A stretch of 64,000 nt of DNA from Felis catus (taxonomy: Eukaryota), in contig NC_058379.1 of the NCBI RefSeq assembly GCF_018350175.1, positions 29,884,001 to 29,948,000 on the forward strand. The letters are read 5' to 3'. Positions 13,128 to 24,474 of the stretch are shown here, one piece after another. Below the pieces are notes generated by a model. That model worked only from the letters and a program-made list of their open reading frames with translations, had not been told where the DNA came from and did not search any database. How positions within the stretch are numbered: position 1 is the stretch's first letter; each line of letters opens with the position of its first letter. The translations under genes were made by a program, and so were the position numbers.

Positions 13128-13926
13128 GTATGGGGGGAGGGCAGCCCATCCTGCCTCTCTCTTCCTGCTCATTCGTGTATTCCATTTATTCATTCATCTG
13201 TTCTCTTTATTTCTTTCATCCATTCATGTATTCTCTTTCTTCACATTTTTTAAAATGTTTATTTATTTTTGAGAGAGAGAGAAACAGAGAGACAGAGCGC
13301 AAGCAGGGGAGGAGCAGAGAGAGAGGGAGACACCAAATCCGAAGCAGGCTCCAGGCTCTGAGCTGTCAGTACAGAGCCCAATGTGGGGCTCAAACTCACA
13401 AGCTATGAGATCATGACCTGAGTCGAAGTTAGATGCTTAACTGACTGAGCCACCCAGGCTCCCCATTCACATTTTTCATTCATGCCCACCTCTTCTTTTG
13501 CAAAATGATTAAATATGGTTTCTCTTAAAAAGGCTCATATAAGTAGACACTTAAAGTGGATATAGAAACATGAAAAAGTTTCTCACAGGGTGTGAGTACA
13601 AACATACCCAAACCTATGCTGACAGAGTTCCCATATTTGAGCCATACTCTAAGCCATGAGCTTCCTGGCAGCCAAGGTACAAAGGATGCATTTTTGGGTT
13701 TTCATTACAGATGCAGAGTAGGCTGTTAGGGACTCCTCAGTTTCTGGGGTTTGTCATGTGAGGAAGCAGAGTTTTGAGCACATCCACCTGGGTATTTAGG
13801 GATACCCATCAACAAATCCCCTCTTGACTCAATACTGTTTATATGGCCAGGTGTCTATGTCTATATTAGTTATCTATTCCTATGAAAGAAAATACTCTGA
13901 AACTTACTGGTTGTGCACACATCTAG

Positions 13927-14056
13927 GTGTGAGCATGAATGTCCAGCCCATGTACCTAGGGGAAAGCGCCCCCAAGGAGCTCCAAGGAGCTGTGGCCATG
14001 ACCTCAGTCATCTTTACTGCCCTAGGGATTGTGATAGGCCAGGTGGTTGGACTCAG
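13927..14056 (+). pseudogene. SLC2A11: SLC2A11 exon 5
   Basis: atctag|(G)VSMNVQPMYLGESAPKELQGAVAMTSVIFTALGIVIGQVVGL(R)|gtaagc, 130 nt. Confidence 0.95.
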
Positions 14057-14608
14057 GTAAGCAACCTGCCTCCATGTGCACTGAGTGGTTTGAGGGGTGC
14101 CAGTAAAAGCCCTTCGCCTAAATTTCTCCTCTGTCCATTGAGTATTAAGGCATTGCTTCTTTGTATTAAGAAATCTTTGTATTGAAATCCTGTCTACACC
14201 TATCTGGCCAATACATAAAACAGGTGTTAGTCAACCACACTTCAGTGTAAATCACCATTTTGCATCCTCTCCAGATCAGGGAGCAAAGAACAGATCTTAA
14301 AAAGGGAGAGGGTGAAGATTTGGGCTTTTAAAGGGGAATGTGTCCTGGTCATCCCAGAAAAGAGGGGAGAGGGCAGATCCCAGAGCCCTGGGAAGAGGAG
14401 TTGCTACAGATAAGGTGGAGCCAACACCTGGAGGGAGGGATCTTGGTGTCCAGACCCAGAACTGGTTTGAGGAAACAGAGAGCAATGCAGATCCTCTGCC
14501 TTCAGGAGGGCAGGCAGGGGCCAGGTAGGTGGGTCAGGGGAGTAGGAGGCAAGTGGGCAGGGCTCTGGCAAGAAAGTACCTGGCCCAGCCTCTCTTTTGC
14601 CTCCCCAG

Positions 14609-14757
14609 GAAACTCCTGGGGGACCCACAGGCCTGGCACCTGCTGCTGGCCAGCTGCCTGGTGCCTGGGGTGCTCCAGCTTGCTTTCCTCCCTCTGCTCC
14701 CTGAGAGCTCGCGCTACCTCCTCATTGACCGTGGAGACATGGAGGCCTGCCTGGCAG
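14609..14757 (+). pseudogene. SLC2A11: SLC2A11 exon 6
   Basis: ccccag|KLLGDPQAWHLLLASCLVPGVLQLAFLPLLPESSRYLLIDRGDMEACLA|gtgagt, 149 nt. Confidence 0.95.
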
Positions 14758-17491
14758 GTGAGTCCTTGTGTTCCCAGACCACCCTTGACAAATGGGCACA
14801 TCTGTCCAGAGCATGTGAGTCTCCATTTCTTGGGTTTCATTTATCAGGAAAAAGCTGTCCCTCCTTTTTTGACAACCATTCATCTCTTCAAAACTATTTA
14901 CCAAGGGGTTGTCCTGAGTGCCAAGGCAGTGGGATAGAGCAGACCTGAACCCTGCCATCCAGGAACTGTAGGATGGTGCCAATAAAGAGCCCCCCCCCCC
15001 CCGCCATATATGTAAGATGAAACATGTTAAGACCTCACAGACCCAAGGCCAACTGGGTGCTGATGGGCTTATTCATTAGCTATGGCCATGATAGTGATGC
15101 CCAAGGAACAATACCAAATCTCTGGCTTAAAACAATAATCATTTACTGCATCCTCCACCCACTTACTTGCTGGGCTGGCTGCATGACTGCTGATCTCAGC
15201 TGGGCCAGCTCATGGTGTCTGGGAATCAGCTGGAGGTCAGCCAGTCCAGGCTGGTCTGGGCTGGAGTAGTTTAGCTCTGCTGCGCATGACTTTCCTCTCA
15301 CTCTTAGTACCAACAAGCTAGCCCAGGAATGTTCTTATTACAGCGACAGCAGAGGCACAAGAAAGCAGATCCAACTGCACAAACACTTTTCAAACCCATG
15401 TCCACCCCCCTCGCCATGCGCATTAACATCCCATTGGCCAAAGAGAGTCCTGTCCCTGAACCCAAAGTCAAGGGATGGGAAAATCAATGGCATATCCTCT
15501 CCCATGGCAAGGGGTATAGATTTGGAGAAGGGTGAAGACCAGGGCTCACTCAGGCACCCTCTCAGCTTGCCGTTGTGGCCACAGCTATTATTGATATCCC
15601 TCCCCTGTGCAAAACATGCTCAATGTCATCCAGGACCCCACAGTCTCATCCAATCATGGTGTCAGTCTTGAAGTCCAGGATCTTAAGATCACATCAAATC
15701 TATACGTGCCTTCTCTTGATCCAGACACCTAGGCACTAAAAACACAAGTCTGCCCCTCTGAACTCAGCACACAGTGTAGGACAGTGTAACCAGAACTAAC
15801 CCTCATTCCAAAGACAAGAAGTCAAGGAAGCAGGATGCAGTCACCAATCCTTAATGCCGATGCGCTCTTAAGAAAACGCTGCCAGATCTCCCTGCCTTGG
15901 GGGTAGGGAATGTTTCATGATCAAGTCCTGGCTCTGGCCCCTAGGAGGGGCTCCCCAGGTCATGGTTTCCCCAGGTTCTTGCTTCTTCCCTCTGAGATAT
16001 ACTTCCTAGTCACCTTCTGAAGAGGGCATTGCAAATGTACCCACAGAAAGTTGGGCACATTCAATTTGTCTTGGTCCCTTTCTCTCCAGGCTGGCAGAGC
16101 ATTTGTAAATATAATTTTCTTGAAACCGATGTGATTTTTCTATGTATTTGATCGATGTGCCAAAAAGCCATGCCCACAAGTCTTTCTGAGGCATGCTTCT
16201 CTCTTGAGACTCACTTACTGGAATTTGGGGCATGTCGGGAGGCTGGGGACCAACATCCTTAAGCCTTCTAAATGCCTCTTTTTCCATTGCAGTGAGTCAC
16301 TGCATTAAGCCACACCCTTAATTTGATTGTTGCCCTGCGTCCATGACTCACTGGCAGTGCTCTGGATTTGATCTTTGCTTTCAGGCTGTCACTTAATGTG
16401 AGCCTCTTTTTGCTAACTGGAGAGGCTGGAGATAAGCAACAGGTTTATTTTGTTTGTTTGTTTTTTTATTAAACCAACCTAGTGAGTTCTGGAACTAAAT
16501 CTTTTTCCCTCTGAAGGTTTTTTGAGCTCATGTTTCAATATTGTAAGCTTAGAATACTCAGCTAACAGCAACCAGTTCATGTTTTCAACATATAGAGGTT
16601 TCTTCACTCCAGTCCAGAAGTTCATTAGGTCTGTTTGTTTGTGTTTCTTTATTTTCTTCCATACTACTGCCCTGAATACCCAGGCTTCCATTTTTCCAGC
16701 CTCCTCACCATCTTCTGCCTGGTCTTGGAATCAATGCCATAGATCACAGGTCTAGTATGGTAGCACCTACTCCTGGTACCAGTTAATTCATTAGTTTTGT
16801 ATTGCTGCCTAATAATCACATCTCATGGCAAACCAAAGAAGCAATTACTTAGCTCAAGTGTCTGTGAGTTCTCTGGGGTTGGCTGATATAGGCTGTGCCT
16901 AGCTGGTGGCTCTGCTGGTCTTCGTCACTCATTCAGGTCAGCTGGGCACTGACAAAGTTAGGACAGTCTCAGCTGGGCCATTTCTGCTCCTCCTGGGACC
17001 AGTGGGCTAGCCCCATCTCATGTCTTTATGGTGATGGGAGAAAAGCAAGTAGAAATGAGCAAGGTCTCTTAAGGCTTGGGCAGAAATTTGCACATCCTCC
17101 TTACAACCTCATTCTATTGGCCAGAGTGAGTCACATGGCACAGCGCAGTGCCAAGGAGCAGGATGCATACTTGCCCCTTTTGTGGGGGCAGCTACAAAAA
17201 TCATCTAGCAGAGAGCATAGATACAGGGAAGGGTGGAGAACTGGGGACATTGCATAATTGTCATCTGCCACAATTGTGTCCCCTCTGATGTATCCACAGA
17301 ACCCCCAGCTCCTAAAGCCTTTTCTGGTTCTTGATGCCCTGAAATGACAGGGACAGGAAGATCATCCCCATCTGATCAGGGGGACCCAGAGAGAGAGTGA
17401 ACGGAGCTGGGGTGGGAGCTCACTGCAGGGCACCAAGCAGAGGTTGGGGGAAATGAGGCCCAGCGCCCTCTGCCCTTGCATCCTGCTCTAG

Positions 17492-17679
17492 CGCTGCAGC
17501 GGCTGCGGGGCACCACGGAGGTGGCGGAGGAGTTGGCTGAGCTGGAAGAGGAGCGTATCTTCTGCCAGGGCCGGCGTGCCCTGCGCCCATGGGAGTTGTT
17601 CCAGGATCGCGGGCTGAGGAGACAGGTGACAAGCCTCATGGTCCTGGGCAGTGCCTTGGAACTTTGCGGAACCAACTCG
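17492..17679 (+). pseudogene. SLC2A11: SLC2A11 exon 7
   Basis: ctctag|ALQRLRGTTEVAEELAELEEERIFCQGRRALRPWELFQDRGLRRQVTSLMVLGSALELCGTNS|gtgagg, 188 nt. Confidence 0.95.
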
Positions 17680-17773
17680 GTGAGGCTCCCCGCTGCGTCC
17701 TTCAACTGGTTGGGGGTGGGAGGGCTGCAGACCACAGGCAGCTGGCAGCCCACCCCTCTGCCCCCCTGTCCAG

Positions 17774-17883
17774 GTGTAGCCTACGCCTCCTCCGTGTTCC
17801 GGCAGGCCGGGATCCCCGAGGGGAAAGTCCAGTATGCTATCGTGGGGACTGGGAGCTGCGAGCTGCTCGTGGCCTGTGTCAGT
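17774..17883 (+). pseudogene. SLC2A11: SLC2A11 exon 8, with 1-nt deletion (immediate TAG and frameshift)
   Basis: gtccag|GTG TA- GCC TAC GCC TCC TCC GTG TTC CGG... where VYAYASSVFR is expected; the exon is 110 nt rather than 111; donor gtgagt at 17884. Confidence 0.92.
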
Positions 17884-18065
17884 GTGAGTTTATCTGAGTT
17901 TGTCGTGGGCTCAGGGGTTGACCCTCCACCAGCCCTGTGGGGGTGGGGGTGCATGGGGTGCTGACACCTGGAGGAGTGTCTTCTATCAAGTCCTCTACCT
18001 TGGGCCCTTTTCCACTCCAGTTCACTATGCTCAAATGGGGCGAGTCAGCAGCATTTGAAGTTTGT

Positions 18066-18100
<35 letters not shown>

Positions 18101-18436
18101 TTTTGAGAGAGAGAGAGCATGAATAAGGGAGGGGCAGAGAGAGAGAGAGGAGAGAGAGAGGGTGAGAGAGAATCCCAAGCATCACAGAGCTGTCAGCACA
18201 GAGCTCAGTGTGGGGCTGGAACCTGCAAACCTTGAGATCATGACCTGAGCCGAAACCAAGAGTGGGTGCTTAACCCACTCAGGCCCCCCCTAATAATGTC
18301 TTAATCTCCTGAAGCAATCAACTGCTCCTAATTGCTCCCTCACACACACCTGGAGCTGCCCACTGCTGGCCTTTAAACCAAAGGAAGCATGCTTCCAGCG
18401 CACAGGTCAGTTACTGAGAGCTCCTTTCCTTTGCAG

Positions 18437-18538
18437 TGTGCAGTGATAGAGATGGTGGGCCGCCGGAAGCTGTCGATAGCGGGGTATGGTCTGATGGCCT
18501 GCTGTGGAAGTATCTTTACAGTGGCCTTGTGCCTGCAG
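18437..18538 (+). pseudogene. SLC2A11: SLC2A11 exon 9
   Basis: ttgcag|CAVIEMVGRRKLSIAGYGLMACCGSIFTVALCLQ|gtagtg, 102 nt. Confidence 0.93.
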
Positions 18539-18620
18539 GTAGTGGGGCTGGGCATGAGGGTTGTGGCTTGGGGCAGCCTGGTCTCCACCTCACTTCACCC
18601 CCTCTGCCCCTTTGCTGTAG

Positions 18621-18696
18621 AGCCCCCTCCCCTGGATGCCCTACCTGGCCATGTTCTGCGTCTTTGCCTTCATCCTCAGCTTTGGCCTTGGCCCTG
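18621..18696 (+). pseudogene. SLC2A11: SLC2A11 exon 10
   Basis: ctgtag|SPLPWMPYLAMFCVFAFILSFGLGP|gtgagt, 76 nt. Confidence 0.93.
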
Positions 18697-18931
18697 GTGA
18701 GTGGGCCCAAGGAGCTCTGCACTTTGGGCTTTGCCAAAGGAACACGAATGTCTTCATGAATGACAAGTGGCTATAAATGCAATGTCACCCGCATGCCCTG
18801 CCACCCAGCCCCCCTGTACTGGGGCTTCTGGGAGGGAATGGCTGGAGAAGAGGACAAGGGGCCCCCACTCCTATGTTGGGGACAAGGTGGCAGCCCTGGC
18901 TGGCAGCCCCTGTCCCTGCTCTTCCTTCTAG

Positions 18932-19059
18932 CCGGAGTGACAGGGATTCTGGCCATGGAGCTCTTTGACCAGAAGGCCCGGCCTGCTGCCTCTATGGTCT
19001 GCCGGGTGCTCATGTGGACCATGCTCTTCCTGGTCAGGCTGGGGTTTCCCTTCATCATG
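18932..19059 (+). pseudogene. SLC2A11: SLC2A11 exon 11
   Basis: ttctag|(A)GVTGILAMELFDQKARPAASMVCRVLMWTMLFLVRLGFPFIM|gtaggc, 128 nt. Confidence 0.93.
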
Positions 19060-19270
19060 GTAGGCACCCTCCCCACCCTTCCCTTGCCTTAGGTTTTCCC
19101 CTGTGTCTGCAGGAGAGCCCCAGTGGGAAGTCTCCATCCTGGGAGCCTGAGGCTGGAGGGGATGGGACTCAAAAAGAGGGACAAATCCCTCATCATGACC
19201 TGTCATGTGGCCTTATGTCTGGTCCTGAACAGGGCACACACCAGGTCTCAGAGACTCTTTTCACTCACAG

Positions 19271-19471
19271 GAGGGCTTGTCCCACTTTCTTTATGTGCCT
19301 TTCCTGGGTGTTTGTGTCTGTGGGACCATCTGTACTGGCTTCTTCCTTCCCAAGACCAAAGGCAAGACCTTCCTGGAGATCTCTGAGGAACTTCACAGAC
19401 TCAACTTCCCTAGGCAGAGCCAGGGCCCTGAGTGGCTGGGCCCGGAAGTCATCCAGGCCACAGAGCTGTAG
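19271..19471 (+). pseudogene. SLC2A11: SLC2A11 exon 12 (terminal coding exon)
   Basis: tcacag|EGLSHFLYVPFLGVCVCGTICTGFFLPKTKGKTFLEISEELHRLNFPRQSQGPEWLGPEVIQATEL*. Confidence 0.95.
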
Positions 19472-22289
19472 TTCTGTAGGTGTGGTGGGCTCCAGATCCA
19501 GCGGCAGCTCTCTTCTTTGCTTCCTGCCCAGGGTCCCAGCCCTCTGCGTTCCCTCCTTCCTGCATTCATTTGTTTAATGAGTGCCCATGTAGCACCTACT
19601 GCATGCAGGCTTGGTGCTAGGTGCTTAGCAATCTGTGGTGAGCCAGAGAGATGGGATCAGGACCTACTGGTGCTCCCCATCTAGAGGCAGTTAACTAACA
19701 GGCAACCAATCAAAACATTATTGCAAACTTGGAGAAATGCAGTAGGAGAAAATACAGATTATGAAGTGAGTGCATACTAGGGAACCTGGCCTATCTGAGG
19801 AGGGTGGTCAGAAAAGAATTTTCTGGGGGTACTTGGCTGACTTGGTCAGTAGAGCATGCAATTCTTAATCTTGGGGTTGGAAGTTTGAGCCCCATGTCAG
19901 GTGTAGAGATTACTTAAAAATAAAATCTAAAAAAAAAATATTTTTTTTTCTGAGGAACTGATTTTTTAAAAAAAATCAACGTTGACGGGGCACCTGGGTG
20001 GCTCCGTCAGTTAAGCGTCCGACTTCGGCTCAGGTCATGATCTCACATTTTGTGGGTTTGAGCCCCGTGTTGGGCTCTGTGCTGACAGCTCAGAGCCTGG
20101 AGCCTGCTTCGGATTCTGTGTCTCCCAGTCTCTCTGCCCTTCCCCCACTCATGCTTTGTCTCTGTCTCTCAAAAATGAATACATGTTAAAAAAAAATCAA
20201 CCTTAAGGTGTAATTTACATGCAGTAAAATGAATCTATATTGAGTATACACTTAATGAGTTGTGGCAGATGTATGTGCCCAAGAAACCACCACCACAATC
20301 AAAGTAGAACATTTACATCATCCCAAAGTCTCCCTCATGCCCCTTTGCAACCAGTAAGCCATCCCACCTGCAGGCCCAGGCCATGATAGGTCACATTGCC
20401 TTTTTTGGAGTTTGATATAATTCCACACCATATGTATGCATTTGTGTCCGGTTTTGCTCCAAATAAAGTTTTGGGGATTCACACATGTTGTCACATCATT
20501 AGTACATATTCTTTTGTGTTGCTGAGCAATATTCTACTGTCTGGATGTATCATAATTTGTTTACCATTTACCTGTCGATGGACATTTTGGGTTGTTTTTG
20601 ATTCTTGGCCATTCATGAATAAAACTTCTATTAACATTCCTGCACAAGTTGTGTAGACAAATGTTTCATTTCTTTTGGGTAAGTGAATTACTGAGTTTAG
20701 TAGCAAATGTATGTTTAGGGGCCCCTGGCTGGCTCAGTCGTTACAGCATGATCTCAGGGTTGTGAGTTTGAGCCCCATATTGGGTGTAGAGGTTACTTAA
20801 AAAAAAAACCCATAGTAAATGTATGTTTAACTGTGGGAGGAAAACAAACAAAACAAAACAAAAACTATAGAAGAAATTGTCCAAAGTGATTGTATTGTTT
20901 TACATCCCCACTAGTGATGTAGAAGAGTTGTGGATGCTCCAGACCCTCACCAACACTTGGTATTGTCTGTCTTCTTAATTTAGGCATGCTGCAGGTGGTA
21001 CAATGGTGTCTCCTTGTGGTTTAATGGTGGCATTTCCCTGATGACTAATGATTATAATGCTCATCATAATAATGTTGAGTACCTTTTCATGTACTCAATA
21101 TAGCCATTCATGTATCTTCCCTTGTGAAGAATCTGTTCAAATCTTTTGTCCACTATTAACAACAATAACAACAACAAAACAAAGTTAGGGGCATCTGGAT
21201 GGCTCAGTCGGTTGAGCATCTGACTCGTGATCCCAGGGTGGTGGGATACAGCCCTGAGTCAGGCTCTTTGCTGAGCGTGGAGTGTGCTTAGAATTCTCTC
21301 TCTCTCCCACCCCCGTCTCTACCCCTCATCCACTCGTGCTCTTTCTCTCTCTCTAAAAAAAAAAAGTTAAAATTTATCAAAACTTATGCATGCAAACACT
21401 TAAAGACCATACATGGTGCCATTTGCAGTAGAGAGATATGTAAATAAACATAAAGGTGCAGTATTAAATCATAACTGCATAACATTAACTGTATCACTGT
21501 AATGAAAAAAACCTAAAAAATAAAAAGAGCACAACCTCTTTATCTCCTCTTGAGATACAAATGTCCAGTGTGTATGAAGATGAGCCCAGTACTGGAGATG
21601 GTGTTTAGCTCTCCTATTTGTTCCACTAAATTCCAAGGGAGGAGGAGGCTAAATAGGATCTAGACTGTTTCCATCTGTTAGTATTCAGCTTATCAAATCT
21701 ACAGCCTAGTACTCCTTGAGCAGGACTGCCCCAATAAGGCTGGATGTGTAACAGTCAAAGACAGAGGTGGGAAATATGGAGGATTCAACGTGTACATGCA
21801 GTTTAGGCCAATGTCCCCATATGCTCTTTAAAATTCCACTATTTGAAGGCACCTGGGTGGCTCAGTGGGTTAAACATCCAACTCTTGGTTTCTGCTCAGG
21901 TCATGATCTCACGGTTTGTGAGTTCACGCCCATGTCAGGCTCTGCACCGAGAGCATGGAGACTGCTTGGGATTCTCTCTCTCTCTCTGCCCCTCCTCTTG
22001 CTCACCCTCTCTCTCTCTCTCAAAATAAATAAACTTTTAAAAATATATATATAAAAAATAGGGGCATCTGGGTGGCTCAGTTGATTAAGCCACCGAGTCT
22101 GGGTTTCGGCTCAGGTCATGATCTCACAGTTTGTGAGTTCGAACCCCATGTCTGACTGTGCTATCAGTGCAGAGGCTGCTTGGGATTTTCTATCCCTTTC
22201 TGCCCCTCCCCCTGCTCGTGCTCTCTCTCCCAAAATAAATAAATAAAAAATAAATAAAATAAAATAAAATAAAATAATAAAGCAGAATA

Positions 22290-23284
22290 AAATTCCATTA
22301 CTTGGTCAGAGGGGGAAGTGGTTTCAGGGTGATGACCCATCTTTGCTCCACCGCTCCTCTGATTTTGCTCTGTTGCTGTTGAAGGAGAGTAGGTTCGGAT
22401 CATCCAGTACTTGTACCTTTCGGTCTTGGGCCTTTCAGAGTTCACCACAGACATAGGTAACCTCACAGCATCAAGCCCATTTACCAACCCCTCACACCAG
22501 TGTCCACCCCACCTAGTGATGAGTCCTCTGGTAACTTTAATACATGTGAGCCCACAGCAACCAGGATTCTTTAAGATATGGAGGGCAGGGGCAGTTGGGT
22601 GGCTCAGTGGGTTAAGTGTTCAACTTCGGCTCAGGTCATGGTCTCATGGTTCATGAGTTCCAACCCCACATCGGGCTCTCTGCTGTCAGCAGAGTCTGCT
22701 TCGGATCCTCTGTTCCCTTCTCTCCACCACTCCCCTGCTCACGCTCTCTCTCAAAAATAAATAAACATTAAAAATATTAATTAAAAAAAAGAAAGAAATG
22801 GTGGGCAACTATTTCAGGGTTTAGTTCCCATTTGAGGATGTTCTTCATTCCTGCCTCTAGGTGACAGCTTCTTAGAAATGTCATTATCATCTCACCTGCC
22901 CTGCTCTGGATCTTCTCTAACTTTCCTTCTTGTCTCAGCAATTTCTCCTCCTTGGCCAATTTCTTGGTCTCAGGGGATGCATTTACCGCCAGACCTGGAG
23001 ACAGTAGTCAATTCCCGCCCAAAGATTTCTTCACCAAGTCCAGGTCACTAGTACTCCAAGTCCCACTGACTGTGTGAGGATTAGCTCCGGGGTGTTCTCT
23101 CTACCAGCTCGTAGATGCAGTGTCACCAGTGCAGGCACAGCTTCCGGCCCTCTCCCTCCCGTGGCACCTTCCACCAGCACTCCATGATGACGGTGTTCTG
23201 TGACAGAGGCTGAAGTCACACTCCTGCTGGCGGTTGCTGCCCACTGCCCCTTCACAGCAGAGCTCTCCCTGAGGCTGCCACCAT
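22290..23284 (-). pseudogene. MRPL9: Processed pseudogene of mitochondrial ribosomal protein L9, interrupted by a SINE
   Basis: Intronless minus-strand peptides: ASGRALL*; IMECWWKVPREGEGRKLCLHW*HCIYELVE; ELILTQSV; KKSLG; [20 protein letters not shown]...[13 protein letters not shown]|SINE|VNGLDAVRLPMSVVNSERPKTERYKYW. These match mammalian MRPL9 as recalled, with several stops and frameshifts. Confidence 0.92.
22588..22792 (+). mobile_element. Can-SINE inserted in the MRPL9 retrocopy
   Basis: TSD aagatatggagggca (22573-22587) / aagaaatggtgggca (22793-22807), 2 mismatches. Confidence 0.9.
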
Positions 23285-24342
23285 GTTCCCAGAGCAGAGG
23301 GAAAGCCTGTCCACTGATTTTTTAATAAAGGTTTTATTTTATTATTTTTTAAAGTTTATTTATTTATTTTGAGAGAGGGAGGGAGAGAATGCAAGTGGGG
23401 GGGAGCAGAGAGAGAGGGAGACACAGAATCCCACACTGACAGTATGGAGCTCCATGCGGGGCCCCATGCGGGGGTTGATGGGGGGCTTGAACTCACCAAC
23501 CATGAAATCATGACCTGAGCCCAAGTCAGACGCTTACTGGACTGAGCCACCCAGGTGCCCCAAAGACTTTATTGTTTTTAGGGGGTGCCTGGGTGGCACA
23601 GTCAGTAGAGCATGTAACTCTTAATCTTGGGGCTGTGGGTTTGAGCCCCACACTGGGTATGGAAATTACTTTTTTTTAAATTTTTTTAGCGTTTATTTAT
23701 TATTGAGAGACCGAGAGAGAGAGAGAGAGAGAGAGATTGAGAGAGAGAACATGAGCAGGGGAGGGGCAGAGAGAAGGAGACACAGAATCTGAAGCAGGTT
23801 CCAGGCTTTGAGGTGGCGGCACAGAGCCCAACGCGGGGCTCGAACTCACAAACTGCGAGATCATGACCTGAGCTGAAGTCAGACACTCAACTGACTGAGC
23901 CACCCAGGCACCCCTTACTTTTTTTTTTTAAATATTAAAAAATACTAGAGGCACCTCTCTCTCAACAATAAATAAACTTAAAACATCTTTAAAAAGATTT
24001 TAAAAAATAGTTTATTTTTCTTAGAGAAGTTTTCATTTCACAGCGAAATTTAGAGAAAAATATAGACACTTCCCAAATACCCCCTACCCCCACATATGCA
24101 TAGCCTCATTTATTATCAACATCCCCCACCAGAGTGGTACATGTGTTATAATCCATGAACCTACGTGGACACATCATTAGCACCCAGCAGCCATGTCGTG
24201 TGCTACATTTTATAGGTTTGGACAAATGTATAGTGACACGCACCCATCACTGTAGTCTATACAGAGTATTTTCACCATCCTAAAAGTGCTCTTCTCTACC
24301 TAGTCATCCCTCCCTTTCCGCTGATCCTTAGCAACCAATGAG

Positions 24343-24474
24343 NNNNNNNNNNNNNNNNNNNNNNNNNNNNNNNNNNNNNNNNNNNNNNNNNNNNNNNNNN
24401 NNNNNNNNNNNNNNNNNNNNNNNNNNNNNNNNNNNNNNNNNNNNNNNNNNNNNNNNNNNNNNNNNNNNNNNNNN
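24343..24474. other. Assembly gap (132 N)
   Basis: N run inside L1. Confidence 1.

Larger units (their letters stand above)
2512..19471 (+). pseudogene. SLC2A11: SLC2A11 (GLUT11, class II facilitative hexose transporter), probably inactivated; exons 2-12 = 2512-2610, 5509-5669, 13003-13127, 13927-14056, 14609-14757, 17492-17679, 17774-17883, 18437-18538, 18621-18696, 18932-19059, 19271-19471; exon 1 not identified
   Basis: The spliced exons translate to a near full-length GLUT11 (LLLTICAAGIGGTFQFGYNLSII; IQEFINETWQ; KKSLLLNNIF; GESAPKEL; VGRRK; ELFDQ; TKGKTF...ATEL*). All introns are GT-AG with consistent phases. Exons sum to 1469 nt, one short of a whole number of codons. Lesions: TAG at 2515-2517 and a 1-nt deletion at the start of exon 8 (GTG TAG, 17774-17779). 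It lies upstream of MIF as in other mammals. Confidence 0.9.
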
